Assembly (NCBI GenBank): GCA_024679065.1
Contig: JAGIQG010000001.1
Span: forward strand, 151,404,001 to 151,468,000
From: Sphyrna mokarran
Lineage: Eukaryota
Direction: 5' to 3'
DNA length: 64,000 nucleotides
The translations under genes were made by a program, and so were the position numbers. Positions 50,471 to 61,522 of this stretch are shown in pieces. The notes below the pieces were generated by a model, which searched no databases, was not told where the DNA came from, and saw only the letters and a list, made by a program, of their open reading frames with translations. The stretch's first letter is position 1. Each line of letters opens with the position of its first letter.

Positions 50471-52268
50471 CCAGTGTGAATATGTCTTGCCCCACCCTGC
50501 CCTCCCCTGCGCTTTTAATGAGATTCACAATTGTGACCTCTGCATTCCACAGTGTGTGGGAGATTTGAGTCTGAACTCTCATTTAAAAAACAATTGCGAT
50601 TTACACCATTTTTCCTGTGAATTCAGTGCTTAGAATTTTTTGGGAGAATCATACCCTTCATTGCAAGATTTGCCTAAAGGAATAGTTCATTTAGGTGATG
50701 TGCTTGCTAATCACAGGAACCATAAGAGGAGTATCTATCTAACCTGGAAGTTTCAAAACGTTACCAGAAAGCTGGAGTAAGACTAAAAGGAGTGAAGTGT
50801 ATCTTTCTGGTGAATGAGGTGACTTATTTGGTTTTATTTAATAGAGTGAATGCACAAGGATAGCATCGATGGAATTGACAAAACACCAGCTCTGAAGAAT
50901 ACATCTAAGCTAAAGTTGTTCCCTGGAATCGTATGTTATTATGAGATTCATTCCAAACTTATTTTTGGTGCTAGCACCTCTGCATGAGTTATAGAAAAAA
51001 AACTATCAAAGATGCTACTGGAAGACACAGCAAAAAGAAACCTTCAAACAAGGAAGGAAGCACTGGGCTGTAAAGATGATGCCTTTCTGTGGCGAGTAAG
51101 GAGGATCACCCATTCCTGGCAGTGAGTTGTTACTTGAAGAATTATAGTGCATCTACCCAGCTGTCTCCAAAATGCAAATATTGGCTCACTGCTATGTTTA
51201 GTGACCAAATAGTGTGACCAATGCCAGGTGCAACAAAAGTTACCATCTGCATGCCAGTTGCACTCTTGGGAATGGTCAAGTCAACCATGGGTGAGACCAT
51301 GGATTTTATCAGCCCATTTATGGCTATAATATTTCTATTTATAATGGTTGCACACTCAAAATAGTTGGATATTTATGGAATGAAGGCCACAACTTATTTT
51401 GCAACAGTGGAAAATTTAAAGCAAAGCTTTGCTACCCATGGGTTGCCAGAAATATTGGCTTCAGACAACAGAACAGCATTTACTAGTAAGAGGTTCCAAC
51501 ATTTCATGTTGTCAAATGGCATCAAACATATACGTATTGCACCTTATCACCCCTCATAGAATAGATTCAGTAAGAGAACTGTACAAATCTTCACAACAGC
51601 CATGAAAAAGCAATCATCAACATTCCTGCAAATAAAATTAACATGTTTTCGCATTAGTTATAGAACCACAAATGACCACAGAAGTAAATACTGCCATGTT
51701 GCTGATGGTTAGGCTTATGAGGACCAGATTGGACCTGCTGTTTCCCAATTTGGCAGGGAAGGTGGAGTCAAAGCAAAGTGTTCAAAGAAGAATTATGACT
51801 CAACAAAGATTGAGAGGACGTTTGAAATGGATGATCTATATGTCAAAAACTTCGGGACTGTTCCAAGTTGGATCCCAGGTGTTGTCATGGCCAGAATTTT
51901 TAAGATATTATTACTATCTCTTGTTTTCTAACTTCTTGACAGGCATCTTTAACCTCATTGTTTTTGCAAACATTAGTGTGAATTGCTACATCAAACTCTA
52001 CCAAAACAGGCACAGCATGTGTGAGGTGGAAGTTCAACATAAAATCCTGATGATTTGAGAACAAGGGAGTCACATAGAGAATGAATGGGGCACTCAGCTC
52101 TAATTATACTTGCCAGTAATATTGTTCTGAGTGAAGGAAGTATAGGACCAAATCAACCTGAAAGGCTATGGAATGTTCTTGCAAGAACTAAAGAACTAAT
52201 AAACTCAGATGTATCTTTTGTAAGTTGAATCCAATTATTGAAAGTCAAACCTGTGATACCTCTGCTGT

Positions 52269-54243
52269 GAACAAAGAACAAAGAACAACACAGCACCGGA
52301 AACAGGCCCTTCGGCCCAACGAGCCCGCGCCGCCGTCCTAACGTCTTAATGTCGTATAGGGACCAATTTGTTACCCAATCAGCCTAAGAGCACATTTTTG
52401 GGTTGTGGGAGGAAACCGGAGCACCCGGAGAAAACCCACGCAACCACGGGGAGAACGCGCAAACTCCCGCAGACACAGGCCCAAATTCATGTGTCTGCAC
52501 AGCAACAGCGATAGTCTCTGAGCTGTCATGGTGCCCATCAGTTGGTCCAGTTTAAGCATACACTGACGACGTGAAGCACTAGGCCACTCCTGAAGTAACA
52601 TCCAGGAGCTGCCCTCGCACGACCTGCCAAATACATGGACCTTGTTGGTCAACAAGGTGGACCGAACATCCTGTGGAAACAAACAGGATATTTAAACAGT
52701 CCTACTATATCCCTCTATCTGCAGACCGCTCATGTGGCTGTCCAAGAGACCCTTAAACAACCCTAGCGTGCCTGCTCCCACCACCTTACTCGGTAGTGCA
52801 TTCCACACCCCCACTACCCTTTGTGTGAAAAACTGCCCTTTAATATTTGTCTTATACATAGCCCCCCTCACCCTAAAGCCATGACCCCTCGTTCTGTCCT
52901 TTTGTAATGGTGGAAAAAGCTTACCACCATTTACTCTATCTATACCCCTCATAATCTTATATACCTCTAATAGATCCCCTCTCAGCCAACGTCTTTCAAG
53001 GGAAAACAACCCTAGTGCGTTCAATCTTTCCTCGTAAGACAGCCTTTCCATACCAGGCAGCATCCTGGTAAATCTCCTCTGCACTCTCTCCAGGGCCTCC
53101 ACATCCTTCCGGTGGTAAGGCGACTAGAACTGGATGCAGTATTCCAAGTGAGGCCTAACCAACGTTCTATACACTTGCAACATTAGACTCCTACTCTTGT
53201 ATTCTATACCTCTTCCTATGAAGGCTAACATACCATACGCTTTCTTTATCACATTCTCCACCTGTACTGACGCCTTTAGAGACTTGTCAACCTGCACCCC
53301 CAGGTCTCTCTGCATCTCTATACTCCGGATAGTTTTACCTTTTATCCTATAACTCCCCTCTACATTATTCCGGCCAAAATGCATCACCTTGCATTTATCC
53401 GGATTAAATTCCATTTGCCATCTATCTGCCCAATCTACCAGCCTATCTATGTCCTGTTGTATTGCCTGGCACTGCTCCTCAGTTCCTGCCAATCCAAGCA
53501 TCTTAGTGTCATCAACAAATTTGCTGATCACACCATCTACCCCCTCTTCCAAGTCATTTATATAAACCACAAATAGAAGAGGTCCTAGTACTGAGCCCTG
53601 TGGCACACCACTAGTGACACACCTCCAGTTGGAAAAAGAGCCTTCCACTACTACCCACTGTCTCCTCCTCCCAAGCCAGTTCTCAACCCATCTACATACC
53701 TGGCCCTGTATACCATGCGCCTTCACCTTTTCTATCAGCCTACCATGAGGAACCTTGTCAAACGCCTTACTGAAATCCATATAGATGACATCAACGGCTT
53801 GTCTTTCATCAACCGTTTTTGTCACCTCTTCAAAAAATTCCACTAGATTCGTAAGGCACGACCTCCCCTTAACGAAGCCATGCTGCGTATCCCTGATCAG
53901 ATCGCAGCGCTCCAGATGCTCATACATCCTGTCCCTGAGGATCCCCTCCATTAGCTTACCTATAACTGAAGTCAAGCTCACCGGCCTATAGTTCCCTGGG
54001 TTATCCCTCTGACCCTTTTTAAACAATGGTACCACATTTGCTATCCTCCAATCCTCTGGGACCACACCTGTGTCCAAAGAAGAGACAAAGATTTGCGTCA
54101 GAGGATCAGCAATGTCATCTCTCACCTCCCTTAGCAGTCTGGGGTAAATGCCATCAGGCCCTGGAGCTTTATAAGGCTTTATGCTGCCTAAAAGCCCCAA
54201 CACTTCTTCCCTTGTAATGGATATTTCCTTTAACGGGTCCTCA
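52269..54243 (-). mobile_element. CR1 subfamily B, young 5'-truncated copy with composite 3'UTR
   Basis: ORF 53124..54203 (359 aa RT) continues in the same frame into 52692..53102 after a single TAG at a Trp position; 3'UTR 52269-52691. Confidence 0.96.
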
Positions 54244-56294
54244 AATTCCTCAAAGCCGTGAAGACACCACTTGCTGAATTACATCACTCCCAGAAGAAAA
54301 GTTCCTGACAGAGTAAGCTTATGATGGATTGTGTTAAAGTACTTGTTTAATTGTAAATAGCTTGATGTTTATTTGTATATGATAGTAAAGGACTTATGGT
54401 GTGAGGATGTAATAGCGAGCTACTTTTCAGGTTGGTTCCAGGGTTATGTGACCCGGTTGACTAATCGGACTGCTGCATTCAAACTTTGGGACTGGGTGTG
54501 GGCTTTCCCAATCACTCTGACTCTGCAGTTGAAGTGGTCAGTAGCACATTTCTTGTACTTGTAGTTTATTCATCACAATAAATTGTTAATTACTAAACAT
54601 GGTGGTCGTCAATCCCTTGAGATATCACAATCCCAGTTCAGTTTGAACCCTTCTCGTAAAATACCCTGCTCTATAATATCTCTTAAGTTATTCAATTTTC
54701 TAGGTTTTAGACTTTTTTTTAACCTATTGCCTGAAGAGTTCCTGCAGCTTTTCATATTCGTGGGATATGGTGGCGCTGATGGCCAGCATTTCGTGCCCAT
54801 TCCTGTTGCTGTTGTTCGGAGGGCAGTTGAGAGTCAACCACATTGCTATAGCTGTAGAGTCACTTTTACGCCAGACCAAGTAAGGCATGCAGATTTGTTT
54901 CCTTAAAGGACATTAGTGAGCTGCTTGCTGATCTCCTGCTTTCATCTGTCCTTCTTGTCTGCCGGCCAACGAGATTTCATATCTTAACTTTACTGTTGGT
55001 ACTGCTTCCAGGTCAAATGGAATTCTAATGCTCGTCATTACCCTTTTACAATTGAAACAATCTCTTTAACTTTTCAGTGTTAAAGCCAATTACAGATTCC
55101 TGAGACATTTTAAAGAAATATTGTACTGCTGCTGGTCAAAGATAGACATATGGCACCCCATCCTAGAAAAAATAAAACTTTACTGTGATAACATTTTCTT
55201 TGCAACAAATGTTTGAAAGACACAAAGTTTTTAATATCATAAACACTTTAACAACCAACATTTTACATGTTGCACAGGTAACATTTTTACAAAACAAGCT
55301 TCATTACAAAAATACAAATATTATTTTACAATTTTAATAAACTCCATTAATTGAACGTATTCAAGATATTGCTACCATATCTTCCTTTTGATGGGGCAGC
55401 TTTAACTATATTGTTTTTGCATACATTAGTGTGAATTGCTACATCAAATTCCAATGAAACAGTCTTTAAATCTAGGTTAAAATGTCGTATATTGATTTTT
55501 GCATTCTTTGTGTTTTTTAAACGATCTGTATTGGATTGTGTACAGTTTGAATCCTGAGAGCGATTTTGTAGTCAGCCCAAAGTTTTACAATTTGTTTGGT
55601 TTAGTTTCTGGTGGCTCGTAGCTGTCAATATGAGTCCAAGGTGAATTTCTCGGTCATATTGCTTTTTACCTTCTGGCTACCCTCTTTTAATCTTTTTTAA
55701 AATTAGACTTTAAGTTGTGATCAGTGTTTTTGAAATACACAATGGACCACTCTGCTCAGTTTTTTAACTTTTGAACTGTATTTTGATCCACGTCTGTATG
55801 TTCTTTTAATGTCCAAGTCTTGGGAAAGAAGTTTGAATTAACCAAACATTGAATCATTCTTCATAATTGAAATGACCCCAATCTACTAAAATCCATGACT
55901 ATTTTCAACAATAAACGCCACTCATCCTGAGAGGAGTCATGTCCATTGTTTAAAAAATAGACCTATTCAATTCAGGAATGTCTTCAGATGGCCACAGGAT
56001 GTGTGTAGTGGTACCTTTTCATGAGGGATGTACCTTTTTTTTCCTCTGTTAACAATGAGTGTTTTTGAATACACAAGCTAGGTCAGTTGACCCTCAGTGG
56101 TCATTTGTGCATTAGTACATTGAAATGAAAATTTTATTTTAAAAAGAATTAAGAATCCACATGGAATAAAGTTTGTATCTCAAAGGTTATGAACATAATA
56201 TGCCTTCGTGGAGCATGACAATGCTTTGTAGTACATTATTATCGAGCAATCCTGTAATATTCAACATTGTTTCAGATCTTCATATGAATATGCA

Positions 56295-57240
56295 AATTAG
56301 GAGCAAGGGTAGGCCACTCAAGCCTGGTCTGCCATTCAATAAGATCATTGATGATCAGACTGTAACCTCAACCCCACACTCCTGATACCCTGATAACCTT
56401 TCACCCCCATCTTAACTAAGGATCTGTCTAACTCTGCCTAAAAATGTATTTAAAATCTCTGCTTCCACTATCTTTTGAGGAAGAGAGTTCCAAAGACTCC
56501 CAACCCTGTGAGAGAAAGAAATTCTCTCTATTCCTTTCTTAAAATGAGCATCCCCTTATTTTTAAACAGTGACCCCTTTTTATAAATTCTCCATAAGAGA
56601 AAATATCCTTTCTAATCCACCCTGTCAAGACAACTCAGGATCATAAAATATTTCAATCAACTCGCCTCACACTCTTATAAATTCTAGTGGATAAAAGCTT
56701 AGCCTGCCCAACCTTTTCTCAAAAGATAACCTGCCTATTATGAGTATTGATCTAGCAAACCTTCTCTGAACTTCTAATACATTTATATTCTTCTGTAAAT
56801 AAGGAGACCAATACAGTACACTGTACACCAAAGGTGGTCTCACCAGTGCCCTGTAGAACTGAAGCATAACCTCCCTACAATGACATTCTATTAACTTTCC
56901 TAATTATTTGCTATACTTGCTATACTTGATCCATGCACGAGTATGCCCAGGTCCCTCTGCATCTGAACTTTGCAATCTCTCATCAGATAATATGCTTTTC
57001 TTCTCATGCCAAATGAACAATTTCACTTTTGCACATACCACCCCATTTGCAAGATTCTTGCCCTTTCATTTAACCCTTTGTAGCTTCCTTATGTCCCCTT
57101 CACAATTTACTTTTACACCTATCTTTTGAGTCCTCAACAAAGTTAGCAACCATACCTTTGATATCTTCATGTAAATAATTTATCTGAATTATAATAGGAT
57201 GAGGCTCCAGCATTGATTCACATGGCACGCCACCCATCAC
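56295..57240 (-). mobile_element. Old CR1 3' portion
   Basis: MLQFYRALVRPPLVYSVLYWSPYLQK (ORF 56667..56867); reverse 3'UTR taggccactcaagcc..gccattcaataagatcat. Confidence 0.85.
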
Positions 57241-58026
57241 ATTCTAACAACTTCAAATCAATTAAGAATTCTATGATTCCCAACTAATTTTAATCTTTTA
57301 ATCACTTGAACTACTTATATATCATTAATGTAACAAATCATTACATTTTCTTTCTTTCATTAGCTGTTTAATTTCTTTTTGTGGGTTTTGTGCTCTTATT
57401 TTGTCTCATTTATCTCCATCAGTTTATGATCCACATATCCTCTGCTTTAATATATTTTTCCTTTGTCATCTTGTCCAGTTCAATATATTGAAAGTCATTT
57501 TATCTTTGCTGTAAATGAAAATTTCCTCCATCATGTGATGTATTTTCCTTCCTTGGTCCTTCCTTGATAATGCTTTTGCTGTTTTAACATTGTTCCATTG
57601 TACCTGTCTTCAGGTACTGTATTCATACTCCTCAAATACATTATTTCTGCAGCAAATTTCTTGTGCATTCCTTTCTTCATTAAAACCATCAATGTTCATA
57701 ATCAATGAATAAGTGCTCTTGCTGGCTATCTTGAGCAAGTTTCTTATCTTTAATGGCATCGAGTGCATTGTAGAAACAACAAAACAAGGTTGTAGCAGAA
57801 TTAGACTCTGCAAATTAGCATTGTTTTCATGTTTCCAATCAAACTAAATACCACAAACTAATAGGTCAGATATAAATTATCTTCCAAAACACAATTTAGA
57901 ATCTCAGAAGTACTTATTTCCCATAATTCTCATTAGCTTTCTTACTAGGTAAAAACAATCCATCCAAATTTATCACTTGTAGAATCAAATTGACTCACTC
58001 CATCTTCAGGCACCATATCCTAAAAG

Positions 58027-58989
58027 ACTACCGGAAGGACATGGAGACTGGAGAGAGTGCAGAGGAGGTTTACCAGGATGCTACCTGGTATGGAAGGTCT
58101 GAGTTACGAGGAGAGGTTAGGCAAATTGGGACTGTTTTCCTTGGAAAGACGTAGACTTAGAGAGATCTAAAAGAGGTATACAAGATTATGAGGGGTATAG
58201 ATAGAGTGAACAGGGTTAAGCTTTTTCCTAGGATGGACTCGAATAGCAGGAGGGGTCACGGGCTTAAGATGAGGGGGGTACGGTATAATTTGGATCTAGA
58301 GGGAGTTTTTTCACACAGAGGGTGGTGGGGGTATGGAATGCGCTGCCAAGTAAAGTGGTGGAGGCAGGTACTCGAGTTATTTAAGAAATACTTAGATGGG
58401 CACATGAACAGAATGGGAATGGAGGGGTATAGAAAACTGATTTAAAAATAGGGATCGTGAGCCTTGGGAGTCCCTGGGAAGTGTGTAAATAGATGATGAT
58501 ATTGATGTACTTGTTTTTATCCTACAAGTGCTTTGGTCCACCTTGTTGTCTAACAAGGGGCATACACGCGATGGTCGTGAGAGGCCTGCTCTTGGATTTT
58601 TTTTCGAGAGTATCCTAGTGCTTCACGTCGTTAGTGTACGCTTGACCTGGACCATTTGATGGGCAACATGACAGCTCAGTGACTATCGCTGTGCTGTGCA
58701 GATACATGGATTTGGGCCTGTGTCTGTGGGAGTTTGCGCATTCTCCCCGTGCTTGCGTGGGTTTTCTCCGGGTGCTCCGGTTTCCTCCCACATCCCAAAG
58801 ATGTGCTCTTAGGCTAATTGGCAAAACAAATTCTCCCTAAATTGTCTCAAATTTGGTTTTTTAATCCATAGATCTATAAACATAGACAGGGATCACGGGT
58901 AGAGATGGGAACATCGGGGTGGCAGTGCGGGGTTGTTGGGCCGAAGGGCCTGTTTCCCGTGCTGTTTTGTTCTTTGTCCTTTGTTCTTT
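58027..58989 (+). mobile_element. CR1 subfamily A 3' end with composite 3'UTR
   Basis: [24 protein letters not shown]; 3'UTR 58445-58989 ending ttttgttctttgtcctttgttcttt. Confidence 0.95.
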
Positions 58990-59067
58990 ATAGTACTGGC
59001 AATCATGGATTTCCTTATGTTTGGCCGTGGTTATGTACATTCCTATTCTTGTATTGTGGCCTTCTCA

Positions 59068-59970
59068 ACATGAATGCTAACATTGCATTTGCCTTCCCAA
59101 CTGCTGACTGAACCTGCACATTAATCTTAATAGAATCTTGAAAAAGAACTCCCAAGTCCCTTTGTGCTTCTGATTTCCTAAGTACTTCCCCATTTAAGAA
59201 ATAGTCTATACCTCCATTTCTCTGCCAAAGTGCATAACCTCACACATTTTCACATTGTATTCCATCTGCCACTTCATTGCCCACCTCCTAGCCTGTCCAA
59301 GTCCTTCTGCAGTTCCTCAATACTATCTCTCCCTCTACAAATCTTTGTGTCATCTGCAAACTTAGCAACAGTGCCTTCAGTTCCTTCTTTCAAATTGTTA
59401 ATGTATATTGTGAAAAGTTGTGATTCCTGCGCTGATTCCTGAGGCACACCATTAGTCACTAGCTGCTATCCCAAAAAAGATTCCTTTGGCAGAAGGCACA
59501 GAATGGGGCTAATCAGCTAATCCTCTATCAATGCCAAGATCTTACCCCTAACACTATGGGCTCTTAACTTATTTAGCTATCTCCTGTGCGGCGCTTTGTC
59601 AAAGGCCTTCTAGAAATCTAAATAAATCATATCCACTGGTTCTCCTTTATCTAACTTCCTTGTGACCTCTTCAAAGAACTCTAATAGATTTGTCAGACAT
59701 GACCTCTTCTTGACAAAGCCATGCCGATTCAGTCCAATTTTGTCATGCACTTCCAAGTAATCTGCAATTTCATCTTTAATAGTAGACTCTAAAATCTTGG
59801 CAATGACCAAAGTAAGGCTAACCAACCTATAATTTCCTGTCTGCTGCCTCCCTCCCTTCTTAATCAGTGGTGTTGCATTAGCTACTTTCCAGTCCTCTGG
59901 GATCTCGCTGTCTCCAGTGCTTTCTGCAGGATCATCACCAATGTCTCCACATTTTCCTCAGCTATCCCTT
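59068..59970 (-). mobile_element. CR1 RT fragment
   Basis: ORFs 59610..59825 (HGFVKKRSCLTNLLEFFEE) and 59274..59459 (KFADDTK). Confidence 0.9.
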
Positions 59971-60739
59971 TTAGCAGCATTGTTGTCTAAACCAAGCTTT
60001 ATTCACTGTCCTAATATCTCAAGTTACACATGTCAAACCTTATTTTGATTACACCCCTGTGAAGTATTTTGGGCTGTTTTGCTACATAGAGACATTACAT
60101 AAATCCAAGATGTTGTTGAGGCATTATGACCCCCCCTAATAAAATTATTAGGAAATATATCTAACGTTGTTTACAAAAATATATGACAACTGTCAGAAAA
60201 ATATCACTATGCTGCTCCTTTGTATTCCCCATCATCATTGCTCAAGAAATTTCAGGAGCTGAGCCCCCATTCTTGTAAATCATTGCCTCATCTTCAGCCT
60301 CTCTTTCCTCGCCAAACTCCTTGAATGCGTTGCCCACTCCCAAACATATGACCACCTTTCTCAATCTGTTGACCAAGCTCTTGATCATCTGCATTAATAC
60401 ATCCTTGTGTAATATTTTGTTTCATAATGCCTTGGGAAATAAGCTGGGATATTTTAAAGCTGCTATATAATTACAAGTTGTTATAGTTTGGTCAACAAAG
60501 TGAGGCACGGGTCCTCTTGGCTCTTTCTAGTCCAACAGTGGACCAGCAAGTGCAAGATACATTTTAGGGGTTAGATTCAGATTCAAAAATGAGACTTGTC
60601 ATCAACCCCTTTAGAAAATGTGTCATATATGAACAAAAGTAAACAAAATAGGTCAATCTGCTTTCTTAGTTTTGCTGCCCTGCACTTGATATAAATCAAC
60701 GAGGTTGCACAGAAGCTTCATTTGAAGCATTTTTCAAAA

Positions 60740-60934
60740 ATGGCATCTCGGCCTTTTGGCTAAGATGCAAATGAGATCAGGCCCTGCAGGAACTGCTCCA
60801 ATCAGTTTGCATCATGCACATCAAGCTCAACACAGGAAGAGACCAGCCTGTCTTGTCAACTTGGATCTGGAATGTGTCACTTGTGTGACTTTGAATTGGA
60901 CTTTGATTGGATTGAATTAGATATAGCAAAAAAA
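60740..60934 (+). mobile_element. Element with U2 snRNA-derived 5' head, unrelated body and A7 tail (candidate snRNA-headed SINE or U2/Tx1 chimera)
   Basis: ATGGCATCTCGGCCTTTTGGCTAAGATGCAAATG vs U2 ATCGCTTCTCGGCCTTTTGGCTAAGATCAAGTG (21-nt exact core); no further U2 similarity; A7 at 60928-60934. Confidence 0.6.
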
Positions 60935-61364
60935 TTAAGTAGTTTTAAATAAGTATTGCAAATCAACTTGCCAGTAACATTTCTCTTCTTGCCATCGTGT
61001 ATATAGATCTTATCAGTTTCCTTATTACATACTACTCCTCCTTCATGTCTGCCATAATTTATATGTTTATCTGGTGATCTGTGCTCAAAACCTGTCTGCC
61101 ACTGCCTTTTATTCTACAATTTTTTGAAATCCTGATTTTTCTCCTTCCCTTCCTTTTCATGATTTAGTTATTCACATTTGTCACCGGAAGTTGTTGAGTG
61201 TGGGTGTCACCAACTCATCTCTCCTGAATCAGATTTTTTTCCCAAAGGATTCCCATATATGAATGTAGCAATGCTATATTCCCACAAGCTGGCAATCACT
61301 CTTTTATTTCCACAGATTTTCAAGAATCCTTTCTTTTCCCAAATACTGTTTTGTACCAGAGAAC

Positions 61365-61522
61365 ATGATGTGGAGTTGCCTGCATTGGACTGGGGTGGGC
61401 ACAGTAAGTAGTCTCACAACATCAGTGTGGGGCACCTGATGAAGAGGCAGTGCTCTGAAAGCTTGTGCTACCAAATAAATCTGTTGGACTTTAATCTGAT
61501 ATGGTGAAACTACTCACTGTGC
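61365..61522. mobile_element. Penelope mini-element with short inverted pLTR
   Basis: gcacagtaagtagtctcacaacatcag inverted as ctgatatggtgaaactactcactgtgc. Confidence 0.8.
61433..61467 (+). ncRNA. Minimal type-I hammerhead ribozyme motif (best preserved copy)
   Basis: CAC-CTGATGA-AGAG GCAGTG CTCT-GAAA-GCTT-GTG: stem I CAC/GTG, core CUGAUGA, stem II AGAG/CUCU, GAAA, palindromic AAGCTT in place of stem III. Confidence 0.75.

Larger units (their letters stand above)
48722..50656. mobile_element. Non-autonomous TIR DNA transposon (possibly PIF/Harbinger-like) splitting the Gypsy RT
   Basis: left end GAGTGCGATTCTCCCA vs reverse complement of right end GGGTATGATTCTCCCA (13/16); Gypsy RT reads MKS before and LQDLP after; TSD not clean. 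Confidence 0.7.
46590..54629 (+). mobile_element. Decayed Ty3/Gypsy (Mag-like) LTR retrotransposon with nested insertions
   Basis: 5' LTR ends ..ccttgagatgccaca (46862) then TTGGC; 3' LTR 54408-54629 (TG..CA) shares agtttattca..ctaaac..gtggt..aatcccttgagat..caca; gag KLEYFD..QYV..L..FFQ; RT PVVKP...ICRDYK...DRYPIPKIEDL...GLYQYARLPFG (48430-48680), HLGDVL (~50690); integrase FATHGLPEILASDNRTAFTS..GIKHIRIAPYHPS (ORF 51365). LTR start approximate. Confidence 0.85.

Noticed and set aside
52371-52682. 103-aa ORF across the CR1-B 3'UTR as a possible ORF3
   Set aside because: Subfamily A copies have an early TGA and indels in this frame; conservation fits RNA structure and SINE origin, not coding.
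60740-60934. Functional U2 snRNA gene
   Set aside because: Only the first ~35 nt match; the branch-point recognition sequence GTAGTA, Sm site and 3' stems are absent.
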